From the NCBI GenBank assembly GCA_023251805.1, contig JAHEYB010000002.1, forward strand, positions 35,038 to 99,037: a DNA stretch of 64,000 bases. Reading direction: 5' to 3'. The notes beneath the pieces were generated by a model. That model had not been told where the DNA came from. It saw only the letters and a program-made list of their open reading frames with translations, and did no database searches. This document shows, in pieces, positions 47,969-58,600 of the stretch. The stretch comes from Bacteroidota bacterium (lineage in GTDB: Bacteria; Bacteroidota; Bacteroidia; 2-12-FULL-35-15). The translations under genes and the position numbers were made by a program. Each line of letters begins with the position of its first letter. Positions within the stretch are counted from its first letter, which is position 1.

Positions 47969-50029
47969 ATGATAAAGAAAAATATTGTTTTAATTAATCG
48001 AGAGCTTAGTTGGCTTGCTTTTAATGAGCGCGTTTTGCAGGAGGCGGAAGATAAAACAGTTCCCCTTATTGAGCGATTAAAATTTCTTGGTATTTATTCT
48101 AATAATCGTGATGAATTTTTTCGTGTTCGCGTTGCTACGCTCAAGCGCGTAGTAAAACATCAAAAAAAAGCAGAAGAATTAATGGGTGAAAACCCCATTC
48201 GATTATTAGATAAGATTCAAAAAGCTGTTATTGCCCAACAAGAAAAGTTTGAACGGACTTACCAATCTATTATCCGTGAACTTAAAAAACAAAATATTTC
48301 CATTATAAACGAAAAACAACTGACATCCATACAAGGTGCTTTTGTAAAAAATTATTTTCGGGAAAAGGTAAAGTCTTCGCTTTTCCCCATTATGCTTGAC
48401 CATTCAACTCCATTTCCATACCTGAAAGACCATTTAGGCTATTTGTTTGTTAAACTTGGCAGAAAAGACAAAAACAAAAAAACAAAGTATGCCGTCATTG
48501 AAGTTCCAACAGATAACATTTCGCGTTTTTTAGTTTTACCAAAAGATAAGGATAAAAATTATGTTCTTTTATTGGATGATGTTATTCGTTTTTGTTTAGA
48601 TGATATTTTCCAAAATTTTGAATACGACTATGTTAAAGCTTACAACATAAAATTAACGCGTGATGCAGAAATAGATATCGACAATGACCTTTCTAAAAGT
48701 TTTGTCGAAAAAATTTCAAAAGGGCTGAAAGCTCGAAAAAGGGGACAGCCTGTTCGTTTGGTCTATGACAGCGCAATTGCATCCGATATGCTTGATTTTA
48801 TCATGAAAAAAATTAAGTTGGGCAAGGAAGACAATCCAATTCCCGGTGGTAGATATCACAATTTCAAAGATTTTATTTCTTTTCCAAATGTCGGCCATCC
48901 CGATTTGAGTTATAAAAAAATAAAGCCTTTAAAGCATCCCGATTTAAAAGACCAAAGTTCAATTATCAAAGTAATCAAAAAGAAAGACGTATTGCTCACT
49001 TATCCCTATCAATCGTTTGATCACATTATCGATTTATTGAGAGAAGCCTCCATTGATCCGAAAGTACAAAGCATTAAAATAACACTGTATCGTGTTGCAA
49101 AAAACTCAAGCATTGTTCAAGCATTGATTAATGCATTAAAAAATGGGAAACAAGTAACCGCGGTAATTGAGTTACAAGCTCGGTTTGATGAAGAGGCAAA
49201 TATTTACTGGTCGGACAAACTAAAAGAAGAAGGGGCTAATGTAATTTATGGCGTTCCTGGATTAAAAATACATTCCAAATTATTTTTGATAACCAGGAAA
49301 GAATCGGGAACGCTTAATCAATATGCACATTTGGGAACCGGTAATTTTAATGGTGATACCGCTAAAGTATATACCGACCATACGCTACTTACTTCTAACA
49401 AACACATCACCGAAGAAGTGGAAAAGGTCTTTAATTTTTATTCAGATAATTTTAAGGGTAGCAACTATAAGCATTTACTGGTTTCTCCTTTTTATATGCG
49501 TAAACGTTTGGTACAACTTATCAACAAAGAAATTTTAAACGCAAAAGCGAACATGTCGGCTTCTATCATTTTGAAATTAAACAATTTGGTGGATCCCGAT
49601 ATGATTCACAAATTATATGAAGCAAGTTCAGAAGGCGTAGAAATAAAATTAATTGTTCGTGGGATTTGCTCCCTGGTAGCCGGAGTAAAAGGCTTAAGCG
49701 AAAACATTGAAGCCATTAGTATAGTAGATAAATATTTGGAACATACCCGGGTGTTCATCTTTCATAACAAAGGTGATGAAAAATACTTTATATCTTCGGC
49801 TGACTGGATGACTCGAAATTTAGATCATCGGTCGGAGGTGGCTGTGCCAATTTATGACAAACAAATACAAAAGGGGTTGCGCAACATTATTGATACACTT
49901 TGGGCAGACAATACAAAAGCAAGAATTTTGGGAAGCAATCAAAACAATGAATATCGCAAATCAAAAGAAAAAATAGTGATTCGTGCGCAAGAAAAAATAT
50001 TTAACATTTTAAAATCCAAAAGAAAATAA
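47969..50029 (+). CDS. ppk1: Polyphosphate kinase 1
   Basis: NRELSWLAFNERVL, ELQARFDEEANI, KIHSK, GTGNFN, SADWMTRNL. Confidence 0.97.
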   Translation: MIKKNIVLINRELSWLAFNERVLQEAEDKTVPLIERLKFLGIYSNNRDEFFRVRVATLKRVVKHQKKAEELMGENPIRLLDKIQKAVIAQQEKFERTYQSIIRELKKQNISIINEKQLTSIQGAFVKNYFREKVKSSLFPIMLDHSTPFPYLKDHLGYLFVKLGRKDKNKKTKYAVIEVPTDNISRFLVLPKDKDKNYVLLLDDVIRFCLDDIFQNFEYDYVKAYNIKLTRDAEIDIDNDLSKSFVEKISKGLKARKRGQPVRLVYDSAIASDMLDFIMKKIKLGKEDNPIPGGRYHNFKDFISFPNVGHPDLSYKKIKPLKHPDLKDQSSIIKVIKKKDVLLTYPYQSFDHIIDLLREASIDPKVQSIKITLYRVAKNSSIVQALINALKNGKQVTAVIELQARFDEEANIYWSDKLKEEGANVIYGVPGLKIHSKLFLITRKESGTLNQYAHLGTGNFNGDTAKVYTDHTLLTSNKHITEEVEKVFNFYSDNFKGSNYKHLLVSPFYMRKRLVQLINKEILNAKANMSASIILKLNNLVDPDMIHKLYEASSEGVEIKLIVRGICSLVAGVKGLSENIEAISIVDKYLEHTRVFIFHNKGDEKYFISSADWMTRNLDHRSEVAVPIYDKQIQKGLRNIIDTLWADNTKARILGSNQNNEYRKSKEKIVIRAQEKIFNILKSKRK

Positions 50030-50035
50030 AACACG

Positions 50036-50932
50036 TTGAAATTTGCTGCCATTGATATAGGCTCTAATGCCGTACGACTTTTGTTTTGTAATGTTTATGA
50101 AGACAAAGGAAAGGTTGCGTTCAAAAAAGCGGAATTAATTCGCGTGCCGATTCGGTTGGGTGAAGACTCTTTCCTTAACAAAAAAATTTCCGTTAAAAAA
50201 GCCGATAAGCTGGTTACGGCAATGAAGGCTTTTAAAAATTTAATAGACGTATATGATGCTGTTGATTATCGTGCATGTGCAACATCTGCAATGCGTGATG
50301 CAGAGAATGGCTACGATGTGGTTGCGCGTGTGAGGAAGGAGGCTGGAATAAAAATTGAGATAATTGACGGGAAAACAGAAGCTGATATTATTTATTCGAA
50401 TCACATTGAAGAACATTTAGATAAAGCAACTAATTATTTGTATATAGATATTGGAGGAGGAAGTACAGAAATCACATTGTTTTCAAAAAACAAAGTAGTC
50501 GTTTCTCAATCATTCAATATTGGAACCATAAGAATGTTACACAACCAGATTGACAAAGAATATTGGGCATATTTCAAAAACTGGGTTAAAGAAATTGCCG
50601 ATGGCTATAAGCCTCTAACCGCGATTGGTTCTGGAGGAAATATCAATAAACTTTTTAAAATGATTGGCAGAAAACCAAACAAACCCATTTCAGCCATCAA
50701 AATTAAAAACTTGTATGAGGTGCTGGAGTCTTATTCGTATGAAGAGCGGATTCAGGTATTTGGATTGAACCCCGACAGAGCCGATGTTATTATTCCTGCT
50801 TCAAAAATCTTATTAACTGTTTTGAAAAAAGCGGACATTGAAAAAGTACTTGTTCCACAAATTGGATTGGCCGATGGCATTGTACATCAGTTGTATGAAA
50901 AATATTTAGAGAAAAAATCGGAGAAAGTTTAA
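50036..50932 (+). CDS. ppx: Ppx/GppA exopolyphosphatase
   Basis: TTG start; IDIGSNAVRL, ATSAMRDA, DIGGGSTE, RADVI. Confidence 0.94.
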   Translation: MKFAAIDIGSNAVRLLFCNVYEDKGKVAFKKAELIRVPIRLGEDSFLNKKISVKKADKLVTAMKAFKNLIDVYDAVDYRACATSAMRDAENGYDVVARVRKEAGIKIEIIDGKTEADIIYSNHIEEHLDKATNYLYIDIGGGSTEITLFSKNKVVVSQSFNIGTIRMLHNQIDKEYWAYFKNWVKEIADGYKPLTAIGSGGNINKLFKMIGRKPNKPISAIKIKNLYEVLESYSYEERIQVFGLNPDRADVIIPASKILLTVLKKADIEKVLVPQIGLADGIVHQLYEKYLEKKSEKV

Positions 50933-51399
50933 AGAAATTTTCTCCACTCCTCCGTCTCAGCAACCTGCTTTATCGTTTGATTTCGCTTTTTCAAAAAGCG
51001 TTTCATATAATTGGTAAGCACTAAAAAATTAAACAGCCTCCCATAAATTCCAAAAGGCGATTCGAAAATAAAAATATCTTTCATAATTGTCTTTCCATTT
51101 TCTTCTTCAAACCAATGCTGATGTTGAATACTTTTAAACGCCCCTTCCAGCATACTGTCTTCAAACATAAATGGGGAATCCATTTCCGAAATTTCGGAGC
51201 TGAGTGTTTGTGTTATTCCAAAATGTGTTGCTTTCCAAGTAACGCTTTCACCTTTGTTAATTAATCCGCTCCGCACTCCCGCAATCACCTCTTCATGTGT
51301 ATGTGCTGACGTCTGCAGATGCAAATCAATGCTTCTAGTTAAATCGAAGCAGCGCAGAATTGGTGCCTTTATAATTGTTGTTATAATAATTTTGGGCAT
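50929..51399 (-). CDS. SRPBCC family protein
   Basis: CFDLTRSIDLH, VTWKATHFG, GAFKSIQHQHWF. Confidence 0.85.
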   Translation of the reverse strand: MPKIIITTIIKAPILRCFDLTRSIDLHLQTSAHTHEEVIAGVRSGLINKGESVTWKATHFGITQTLSSEISEMDSPFMFEDSMLEGAFKSIQHQHWFEEENGKTIMKDIFIFESPFGIYGRLFNFLVLTNYMKRFLKKRNQTIKQVAETEEWRKFL

Positions 51400-51400
51400 T

Positions 51401-51814
51401 TTAGTTTTTTAAAATATAAGAATACTCTAGTAGTTCCAGAGCGTAGTTTTTATCCGCTTCCGTTTTAATGTAAAAACTAATCCAGCCTGAATTGGCAAAA
51501 GTATGATGATCTTGAATCCTTCCTTCGCGAATCAATTGTGCTTTGATTTCTTTTTTCAGCAATACATCCATCAAACCATTGCTGTGAATGTGTCCAATCT
51601 CCTTGTTGTTGACATCAAACTCCAATCCTCCGTAACGGTGTGTTTTCAATGATGTTCCACTCCATGATAAAACAGCTTTTTCAATTTCATCGATGAAGTG
51701 CAAAATTTCTCTTCTAAAAATAAAGGTGTGCAATTTTACAAATCCATCAAAAATATGAGGGAGAAAAGGAATATTTTTTAAAACGTTCAAATATTTTACG
51801 GTGAATTCAAACAT
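51401..51814 (-). CDS. DUF5519/luciferase-like small domain protein
   Basis: HRYGGLEF...EIGHIH...HHTFANSGW. Confidence 0.75.
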   Translation of the reverse strand: MFEFTVKYLNVLKNIPFLPHIFDGFVKLHTFIFRREILHFIDEIEKAVLSWSGTSLKTHRYGGLEFDVNNKEIGHIHSNGLMDVLLKKEIKAQLIREGRIQDHHTFANSGWISFYIKTEADKNYALELLEYSYILKN

Positions 51815-52730
51815 TTTTTTCGCTTAGTTTTTTAATGTGTTCCATTACTCGTAAGTGAACGTTTCGTGTAATGCTGGAAGCCCAAGTATCAAAATACCAA
51901 GTAGGCATAACATACAATCGATACCAAGAATTTCCGGTAAGCGTTGTTGTTCCATCGCCATTATCTTTCAGCAAAAACTGTCCGCGTAAAATATCAATAT
52001 GCCCCATAATTTCCGGGTCACGCGGTTGATGGGTGATATCAAATGTCAAATCTATATTCGGTTTATACACCACCATTTTCTCATCAAACACATATCCGTT
52101 TGAAAAAATACATTTTCTTCCTCCACCTTGGCAAAAACAATCCACAGTGCTTTGAACTGGGCTCGGCATTCCTGCTTGAAACAACCAATAGTTTTCTTTT
52201 TCTTTTATTGGTTCGTAAGCAACAACATATTGCCAAACTTTTTCAGATGGCGCATTAATAGTCATGGTGTCGGAAACCATATTTTCGTAGGGTTTCGCTG
52301 TAAACGCATCCAAAGTAGTAACTATTAAGAGAAGAGAAATGACACTAACATTCAATGTGTTTTTGTTTTTCTTGAACATCACTTTGCCAATAAATGTTCC
52401 GCCAATTGTAAAACCAAACAACAATGGAGAGATAATGATTAAGCAGATATAGCCTTCTTTCAAAAAGATAGATGCTCCAACAATAGCAACAGTGGCGTTG
52501 CATATTGCAAACAAGGTATATTTCCCTCCAGACAAGCTAAGGTCTCGCCAAAAATATGCTGCAATGATTCCCATTAGTATTGGAACGATGATAAAATCGG
52601 AATAAATAAAAACACCTCCCAAATCATTTAACAACCCATGATGCCAGCTTAGCCATTTCGTGAACGCGATTGTTAGTATTGCAAAGGTGTTGGCTACAAC
52701 AATTCCTGTTAGTATTTTTTGTGCTTTCAT
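51807..52730 (-). CDS. Membrane protein with C-terminal SRPBCC-like domain
   Basis: Five N-terminal TM segments, EGYICL, INAPSEKVWQ, VHLRVMEHIK. Confidence 0.75.
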   Translation of the reverse strand: MKAQKILTGIVVANTFAILTIAFTKWLSWHHGLLNDLGGVFIYSDFIIVPILMGIIAAYFWRDLSLSGGKYTLFAICNATVAIVGASIFLKEGYICLIIISPLLFGFTIGGTFIGKVMFKKNKNTLNVSVISLLLIVTTLDAFTAKPYENMVSDTMTINAPSEKVWQYVVAYEPIKEKENYWLFQAGMPSPVQSTVDCFCQGGGRKCIFSNGYVFDEKMVVYKPNIDLTFDITHQPRDPEIMGHIDILRGQFLLKDNGDGTTTLTGNSWYRLYVMPTWYFDTWASSITRNVHLRVMEHIKKLSEKNV

Positions 52731-52734
52731 ATAT

Positions 52735-53652
52735 CTAGTTTAATAAATTTTGTAATGCCTGTTCTAAAGTAGGGTATTTAAAAACAAGTCCTTCATTTAA
52801 TAATTTAGTTGGAACCACTTTCCTACTTTTTAATATCAACTCGGTTTCGGTGCCAATAAAAAAAGCCCCTACTTCAAGCATCCATTTTGTTGCAGGCAAT
52901 CCAATTTTCACATTCAATTTTTTACGCATTAAAATCATAAAATTTTTATTTGTAATTGGGTTTGGAGCAGCAATGTTGTATGCCCCATTTGTGTTTTCGT
53001 TTTCGATGAGCCATTCCAGTGAATTCAAAAAATCTTCTTCATGAATCCAGCTCACAAATTGCTTTCCTGTTCCCATTTTTCCACCTAATCCTGCTTTCGT
53101 TAGTTTTGTCATAACCGGTAAAACTCCTCCGTTTTTTCCCATTACCATAGAAATGCGTAAGGCTACTTTTCTTGTTTTTGGAACAATTGCTTCATTAAAA
53201 GTTTGTTCCCATTTTTTGCACACCTCCACCGAAAATCCTGTCCCGATGTCTCCCGTAAACTCATCCATAAATTTATCTTCCGAATAACCATAAATAGTTG
53301 CTGAGGCACAATTTAACCAAACTTTAGGTGGCGTTTCTGCTTTGTTAATTGCTTCTCCTAAAATTTTTGTTGCATTTACTCTGGAAGAAATAATTTCTGC
53401 TTTGTTTTTTTCGTTGTATCTGCAGTCTACACTTTTTCCTGTGAGATTAATTAATACATCGGCCCCTTCCAACTCTTTGGTCCAATCACCAAACGTTTTT
53501 CCATCCCAATGCAGATAGCTGACATTTTTTTCTTTTCTACCGGCACCTCTTGTGAACACTATTATTTGAGTTCCTTGTGCTGTATATCTATCAATAATTG
53601 CCTGACCAAGAAAGCCTGTTCCTCCTGCCAGAATTAGTTTGTTAATTTTCAT
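52735..53652 (-). CDS. TIGR01777-family NAD-dependent epimerase/oxidoreductase
   Basis: AGGTGFLG, NLTGKSVDCRY, GKQFVSWIH, LILKSRKVVP. Confidence 0.92.
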   Translation of the reverse strand: MKINKLILAGGTGFLGQAIIDRYTAQGTQIIVFTRGAGRKEKNVSYLHWDGKTFGDWTKELEGADVLINLTGKSVDCRYNEKNKAEIISSRVNATKILGEAINKAETPPKVWLNCASATIYGYSEDKFMDEFTGDIGTGFSVEVCKKWEQTFNEAIVPKTRKVALRISMVMGKNGGVLPVMTKLTKAGLGGKMGTGKQFVSWIHEEDFLNSLEWLIENENTNGAYNIAAPNPITNKNFMILMRKKLNVKIGLPATKWMLEVGAFFIGTETELILKSRKVVPTKLLNEGLVFKYPTLEQALQNLLN

Positions 53653-54099
53653 CTATACAAGTATAAAGATTAATATTAAAAATCGGTACACTGCCCAAGT
53701 GTACGAAATGTAGTTCGGTAAATCTAATTTTGTGACTCTTCTTTTATGATCAAAAAACATTAGTAAAACAACTATAAAAAAATATACAATATTTATAAAT
53801 GTGGGCACCAACAAAAAATGATTAAAAATAATAAGCGGGAAAAGTGTTATTGAACCTAAAGTTGAAACAACCAACATATTGTAATAGTAATCTATTTTTT
53901 GCTCTCCTGTTTTTCTAAAAACAAAAGGTAACTGAAATATAAGTTGTCCGATTACAAGAACCAATTCAAATTTCCAATCATATTTTACGTTTATCAAATG
54001 CTGAATTAACTTTGCGTATTGATTAAGTGTTGCTGCCGTAAGCCCAATAAAAAGCAACATCATTATTGTTTTATAAACGCTGTTTTTTTGATGAATCAT
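53653..54099 (-). CDS. Hypothetical membrane protein
   Basis: Hydrophobic 148-aa ORF tightly packed in operon. Confidence 0.7.
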   Translation of the reverse strand: MIHQKNSVYKTIMMLLFIGLTAATLNQYAKLIQHLINVKYDWKFELVLVIGQLIFQLPFVFRKTGEQKIDYYYNMLVVSTLGSITLFPLIIFNHFLLVPTFINIVYFFIVVLLMFFDHKRRVTKLDLPNYISYTWAVYRFLILIFILV

Positions 54100-54100
54100 T

Positions 54101-54541
54101 TTACACTCCTTTTATAACAAGGTCTTTGGGTGCAACATAACTTGTTTGTGTGCGTGGTTTAGAACCACTTCTTAAAATTAACAACAGAAACAAATTAATG
54201 AACAGCATCATTCCTAAAATTAAAATAAACGAACCTAATTTATAACTAAGCACCTCAATCATGCTTTGCGTATTGTTGATTTGCTCCTGAACATTTTGAC
54301 CTGTAACTTGATCATACTTCCAGCTTGGAACAATTTCCAATTTAATAATTGCAAAGCCTAAGCTAATTAAATAAAATCCAACTTGTAATAATTTGTTTAC
54401 TGAAACGGCCAGTTCATTTTGTCCGTGGAAAATATCCACTAAAAAAACTTTTCCGTTGGTGTGAAGGGTGCGAGCCACCCAGATGGTTAGCGCAACTGCG
54501 ATTGGCAGATAAATGCTATAAGCGAGTACAATGTAGTCCAT
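54101..54541 (-). CDS. Hypothetical membrane protein
   Basis: NGKVFL...SVNKLLQVGFYL; paralog of 54554-54919. Confidence 0.78.
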   Translation of the reverse strand: MDYIVLAYSIYLPIAVALTIWVARTLHTNGKVFLVDIFHGQNELAVSVNKLLQVGFYLISLGFAIIKLEIVPSWKYDQVTGQNVQEQINNTQSMIEVLSYKLGSFILILGMMLFINLFLLLILRSGSKPRTQTSYVAPKDLVIKGV

Positions 54542-54553
54542 GATTTCTATTTT

Positions 54554-54919
54554 TTATTGGTTAGTAGTATGATGTGATTTTTTTCTTTTTCCGATGGCAA
54601 CTAATGAGATAATATTTATGCAATGCATGATTCCAAGTGTTAGTACAATTGTTCCTACTTTGAGACTAAGCACATTTGCGAACTCAATCGGACTTTCTAC
54701 TTTGTCCCATACCTTTAAAGTAATGATGGTATATCCGATATTGGTGAGGTAATATCCAGAAAGGAGAAATTTATTGACTGCGTCAGCAACAGTTTCGTTT
54801 CCGGAAAAGGTGTTGATTAGGAATGGTCTTCCATTTTTATATAAAACAGCTCCAACATATAATACTACAAAAAGTAGAATCAAAAAATAAAAGATGTATG
54901 TGAGAATGTTGTAATTCAT
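54554..54919 (-). CDS. Hypothetical membrane protein
   Basis: NGRPFL...AVNKFLLSGYYL; paralog of 54101-54541. Confidence 0.78.
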   Translation of the reverse strand: MNYNILTYIFYFLILLFVVLYVGAVLYKNGRPFLINTFSGNETVADAVNKFLLSGYYLTNIGYTIITLKVWDKVESPIEFANVLSLKVGTIVLTLGIMHCINIISLVAIGKRKKSHHTTNQ

Positions 54920-54930
54920 TTTTTCAGAAC

Positions 54931-54948
54931 TTTCAATAATTATTGAAA
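54931..54948. promoter_or_regulatory. Putative GbsR/MarR operator TTTCA-N8-TGAAA
   Basis: Perfect palindrome TTTCAATAATTATTGAAA; related site at 55514-55531. Confidence 0.62.
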
Positions 54949-54965
54949 CATGTATACAAATTTTT

Positions 54966-55472
54966 TTATTTCATAAGCTTCATAAAAGAGCCAACCAACC
55001 AGTTTTCATCCGCTTTAATCATTTTTTCTAGGGTTCTATCAGCTTTTTGGGTAAAACGTTCTATTTCTTCGATGGTATCTACAAATGCTTTTACGTTTTT
55101 ATCGCGTTTGTCGCCATCCACTTGTTTCACCTCATCTAATACCTTAAAAATAGGTTCTAATTCGCGTTTTCTGCGCTCTTTGGCGATTTGCTTAAATACT
55201 TTCCATATATCTTTCTCCGCTGTAAAAAACTCTTTCCGCTCCCCTGATCTTGTTTCTTTGAAAACCAAACCCCAATCGATGAGTGTTCTCACGTTCATAT
55301 TGGTATTTCCTCTAGAAATCGTCAGTTCTTCCATAATATCTTCTGCACTTAATGCATCAGGAGAAACCAATAACAAAGCATGTACCTGTGCCATCGTACG
55401 ATTAATTCCCCAGCTGGTTCCCAATGTTCCCCAGGCGTTGATGAATTTTTCTTTGCTTTCTACTAACTTCAT
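54966..55472 (-). CDS. GbsR/MarR family transcriptional regulator
   Basis: WGTLGTSWGINRTMAQVHALL, ISRGNTNMNVRTLIDWGLV, GERKEFF; TACATTTG -7 box at 55491-55498. Confidence 0.92.
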   Translation of the reverse strand: MKLVESKEKFINAWGTLGTSWGINRTMAQVHALLLVSPDALSAEDIMEELTISRGNTNMNVRTLIDWGLVFKETRSGERKEFFTAEKDIWKVFKQIAKERRKRELEPIFKVLDEVKQVDGDKRDKNVKAFVDTIEEIERFTQKADRTLEKMIKADENWLVGSFMKLMK

Positions 55473-55513
55473 TTTATTGTTATTACGATACAAATGTACA
55501 ACTATTTTCCAAC

Positions 55514-55531
55514 TTTCAAAACTTTCTGAAA
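55514..55531. promoter_or_regulatory. Putative autoregulatory operator
   Basis: TTTCAAAACTTTCTGAAA with the same AAC..C flanks as the 54931 site, in the regulator's promoter region. Confidence 0.58.
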
Positions 55532-55551
55532 CTTTATTTTAATTTTTTTAT

Positions 55552-55600
55552 AAAAAGGCCCCGTTTCTCGGCTTTGCTCGAAATGACAACGGGGCTTTTT
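55552..55600 (-). terminator. Terminator with REP-like sequence in its loop
   Basis: AAAAAGGCCCCGTT...AACGGGGCTTTTT enclosing TCTCGGCTTTGCTCGAAATGAC. Confidence 0.7.
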
Positions 55601-55610
55601 ATTGGTTTTT

Positions 55611-58600
55611 CTATCTGTTTCCTAAAAGTTGTAAATAACCCTTATTGTCAAATCCTTTTCCGTTTATCGATTCTGCTTTTACAATATAGAAGTAGGTTCC
55701 ATCATTTGAATCGCCTCCATCCCAGCTCTTAGTAATATCGTCTGACTCAAACACTTTTTCTCCCCAACGATTGTAAATTGAAATGGAGAATGTTTTTATT
55801 CCGTTAGCTGAAATTACAAAGAAATCGTTTACTCCGTCTCCGTTTGGAGTAAACACGTTTGGAATATCTAAATCACAATCTAATAAAACATCTACCACAA
55901 CAGTATCAATTGTCATAAATCCACAAGCATCTACCACTTGCACTTGATAAATGTTTGTTGCGGGAACAGATGGTGTAACTTGAGCAGAAGAAGAATTTGC
56001 ATTTTGAATAGAATCTCCTGCATAGCCCGAAATGATTGTCCATGTATATGTATTGCTTCCAAAACCACCGGTACTTGATGATGCCAAACTAAATGGTGAA
56101 CCAACACAAACCTCTTGGTTGACTCCGGCACTCGCGTTCAGCGGTCCTACAACTGGTACAAATACTGTCACGCTATCAACGCCTGCACCAGCTGCACATT
56201 GACTAGTTCCTGAAACAGTATACGTTGTTGTAACAAACGGACTAGCAATCGGGTTTGCGATTAATGGATTTGATAATGTTCCTCCAGGAGACCAAACAAA
56301 TTGTGTTGCTCCTGTTGCATTCAAGTTTGTTGGTGTGCCAGGACAAATAGTCACATCGGTTCCGGCATCTACGGAAAGCGTTGTAACGTTTGCTAGAACA
56401 TCCACATATGCTGTATCAAAACATCCGCTGGTTGTGTCGGTAACAATAACATAATAGGATGTTGTTCCATTAGGAGGTGTTGCTCCTGTAGTTTGAGTTG
56501 TAGGACTAAATACTCCTCCGGTGCCCGGTGCCCAAACATAACTATATACACTTGAATCGGGAGCTGCTCCACAATAGTGAAATTGAACATTTGGTCGGTT
56601 GCTGATGGCAGTAGCAAATCCTAAATCGGGGCACATTGGTGATGAGTCACTCAAATTATACAAACACGATACAAATGGTGTGGTAGTATATTGCGATGAA
56701 CAGCTTTGTGTATAATTTGGATATGGTGGTCCTTCATTGAAACAAATTTCAACAATTAAATTTGAAATTCCATCCCACTCGTAAGCAACATCAAAAGGGT
56801 GTGCGTTCCAACCAACTGCTACCGTATAATTTTTAGGTGTGTACACATTCGACAATCCTGTTACCCAAGTTGACAATGCTGTTAAACTTGTACAACCCAT
56901 ATTGATAGTGTATTGATGGTACAAAGAAATGCCATTAATAGCCATAACATTAAAATCAATCTGATCAATTTTTCCTCCGGTAATTCCAACTGCATTTAAT
57001 TCAGATGCTCTGAATAACATTTGGTGTTTTCCGGAAGTATACCAGTTTGCATATGGCGCAGGCCATGTTGTTGCTGTGTTTGTTGCTGTTCCTGTTCCCA
57101 CTTGTGCTACTAATGCAGCAGAACATCCAACAGGATTTGTTCCGCAAACAGAAGGAACACTCGCTCCGAAAGTAACACCAAGGTTAACAGTATCGCCTAC
57201 ACAAATAACAGAATCTGAAACATAAGAAACCGGATTTGGCGGATAGCTTGCATTTATAGTAATTGTAGCCGTATCCGTTTTTATACAACCAAGCGGACTA
57301 GTAATTTGAACATAATAAGTATATGTTCCAGGGCTTGTAATTGTTGCTGTCGGATTTGAAATGGATGGATTATCTAAATAAGTTGATGGCGACCAAACGT
57401 AAGTATAAATACCGCTTGGTGATGATGTAGCATCAAACTGAATCGGCTGCAACAAGCAAGATGTAGAAGCACTTTGTACAGTTGTTAAAGTAAAATCAGC
57501 AACAATGGTAACTGTTACTGTATCTCTGTTTACACAGGTTCCACTTAAATCACTTACCACTTCGTATACTGTTGTAGAAACTGGTGAAGCCACGGGATTG
57601 TCGCAAGGGTTACAAGAAAAATTTGTTCCAATCACCATTGGCGGTCCGCTTAAAACACTCCAAGTAAACACGTTTCCGCCTGTTCCCGCAAGAGTTGCAG
57701 TTTGAGTTCCACAAATAATTTGATCAGGACCACCAAGTGTTCTTGGGTTTACATTTACGTCATAAACAAATGTTTGTTGTCCCATAACCGGACAAGCGCC
57801 ATCGTTAACAGTAACAGAAAAATTTGTGTTGGTTCCAGCACTTCCTCCCGGGGCTGTCCAGCTGATAGTGGCAACCAAAGGGTTTGTTCCTGTGAATGTT
57901 ATTGTTGCTCCGGGTAATACTGCTAAAATATTTGTGACAATTGATAATGAATCGCCCGCATCTGAATCGGTGTAGGTGGCTGTAAATGTAAAGTTCGCTC
58001 CTTCGCACATTTCAATCTGATAAGGTCCCGCCATTACAGCCGTACCTGTCAGACCTGTGATTGCCCCTGCTGTTGGAGCGGGGTCGGGAACTTGATTGGC
58101 ACATGTTTGTACAATAAATTGAATGTCGCGCATCACCGTACCGATAAGATTTCCGGAGGCATCGTATTCCTGGACCAGAACAACTACCACAAAATTTCCT
58201 AGCGTCATAGGAGTAAAAGTTAATTGTCCGGTTAGTGGGTCAATCACAATTCCCGGAATTGGGGCTGTTGCTGAATAACCAGCGGTATATGTTAGCATTG
58301 TTGCTCCGGCACCCATTGCGTTTATCAAAGAAAAATAAAGCGAGTCTCCATCTGCTTCTATTACACCATAATTGTAGTTTACTAATTGTCCTTGACACAC
58401 ATATGGAATTGGCTGAGAAGTAAAATAGGGAGAGTTATTACAAGAATCGGTTACACTATTTAATGTTGCTTCTATGTAGGATGATTGACTAGAAGGAGCG
58501 GTAAGATTGATGATGGCCCCATTTCTGCAACACACGTTCCAGCTCATATTCCATGTATCGCAAGGAGGCGCAAGAGTAACAACTCCCGTAAAATTAAATA

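Noticed and set aside
54943..55542. 199-aa plus-strand ORF and other antisense ORFs in the track (e.g. 6962-7432, 16785-17300, 59615-60175)
   Set aside because: Antisense shadows of well-supported genes with no recognisable motifs.
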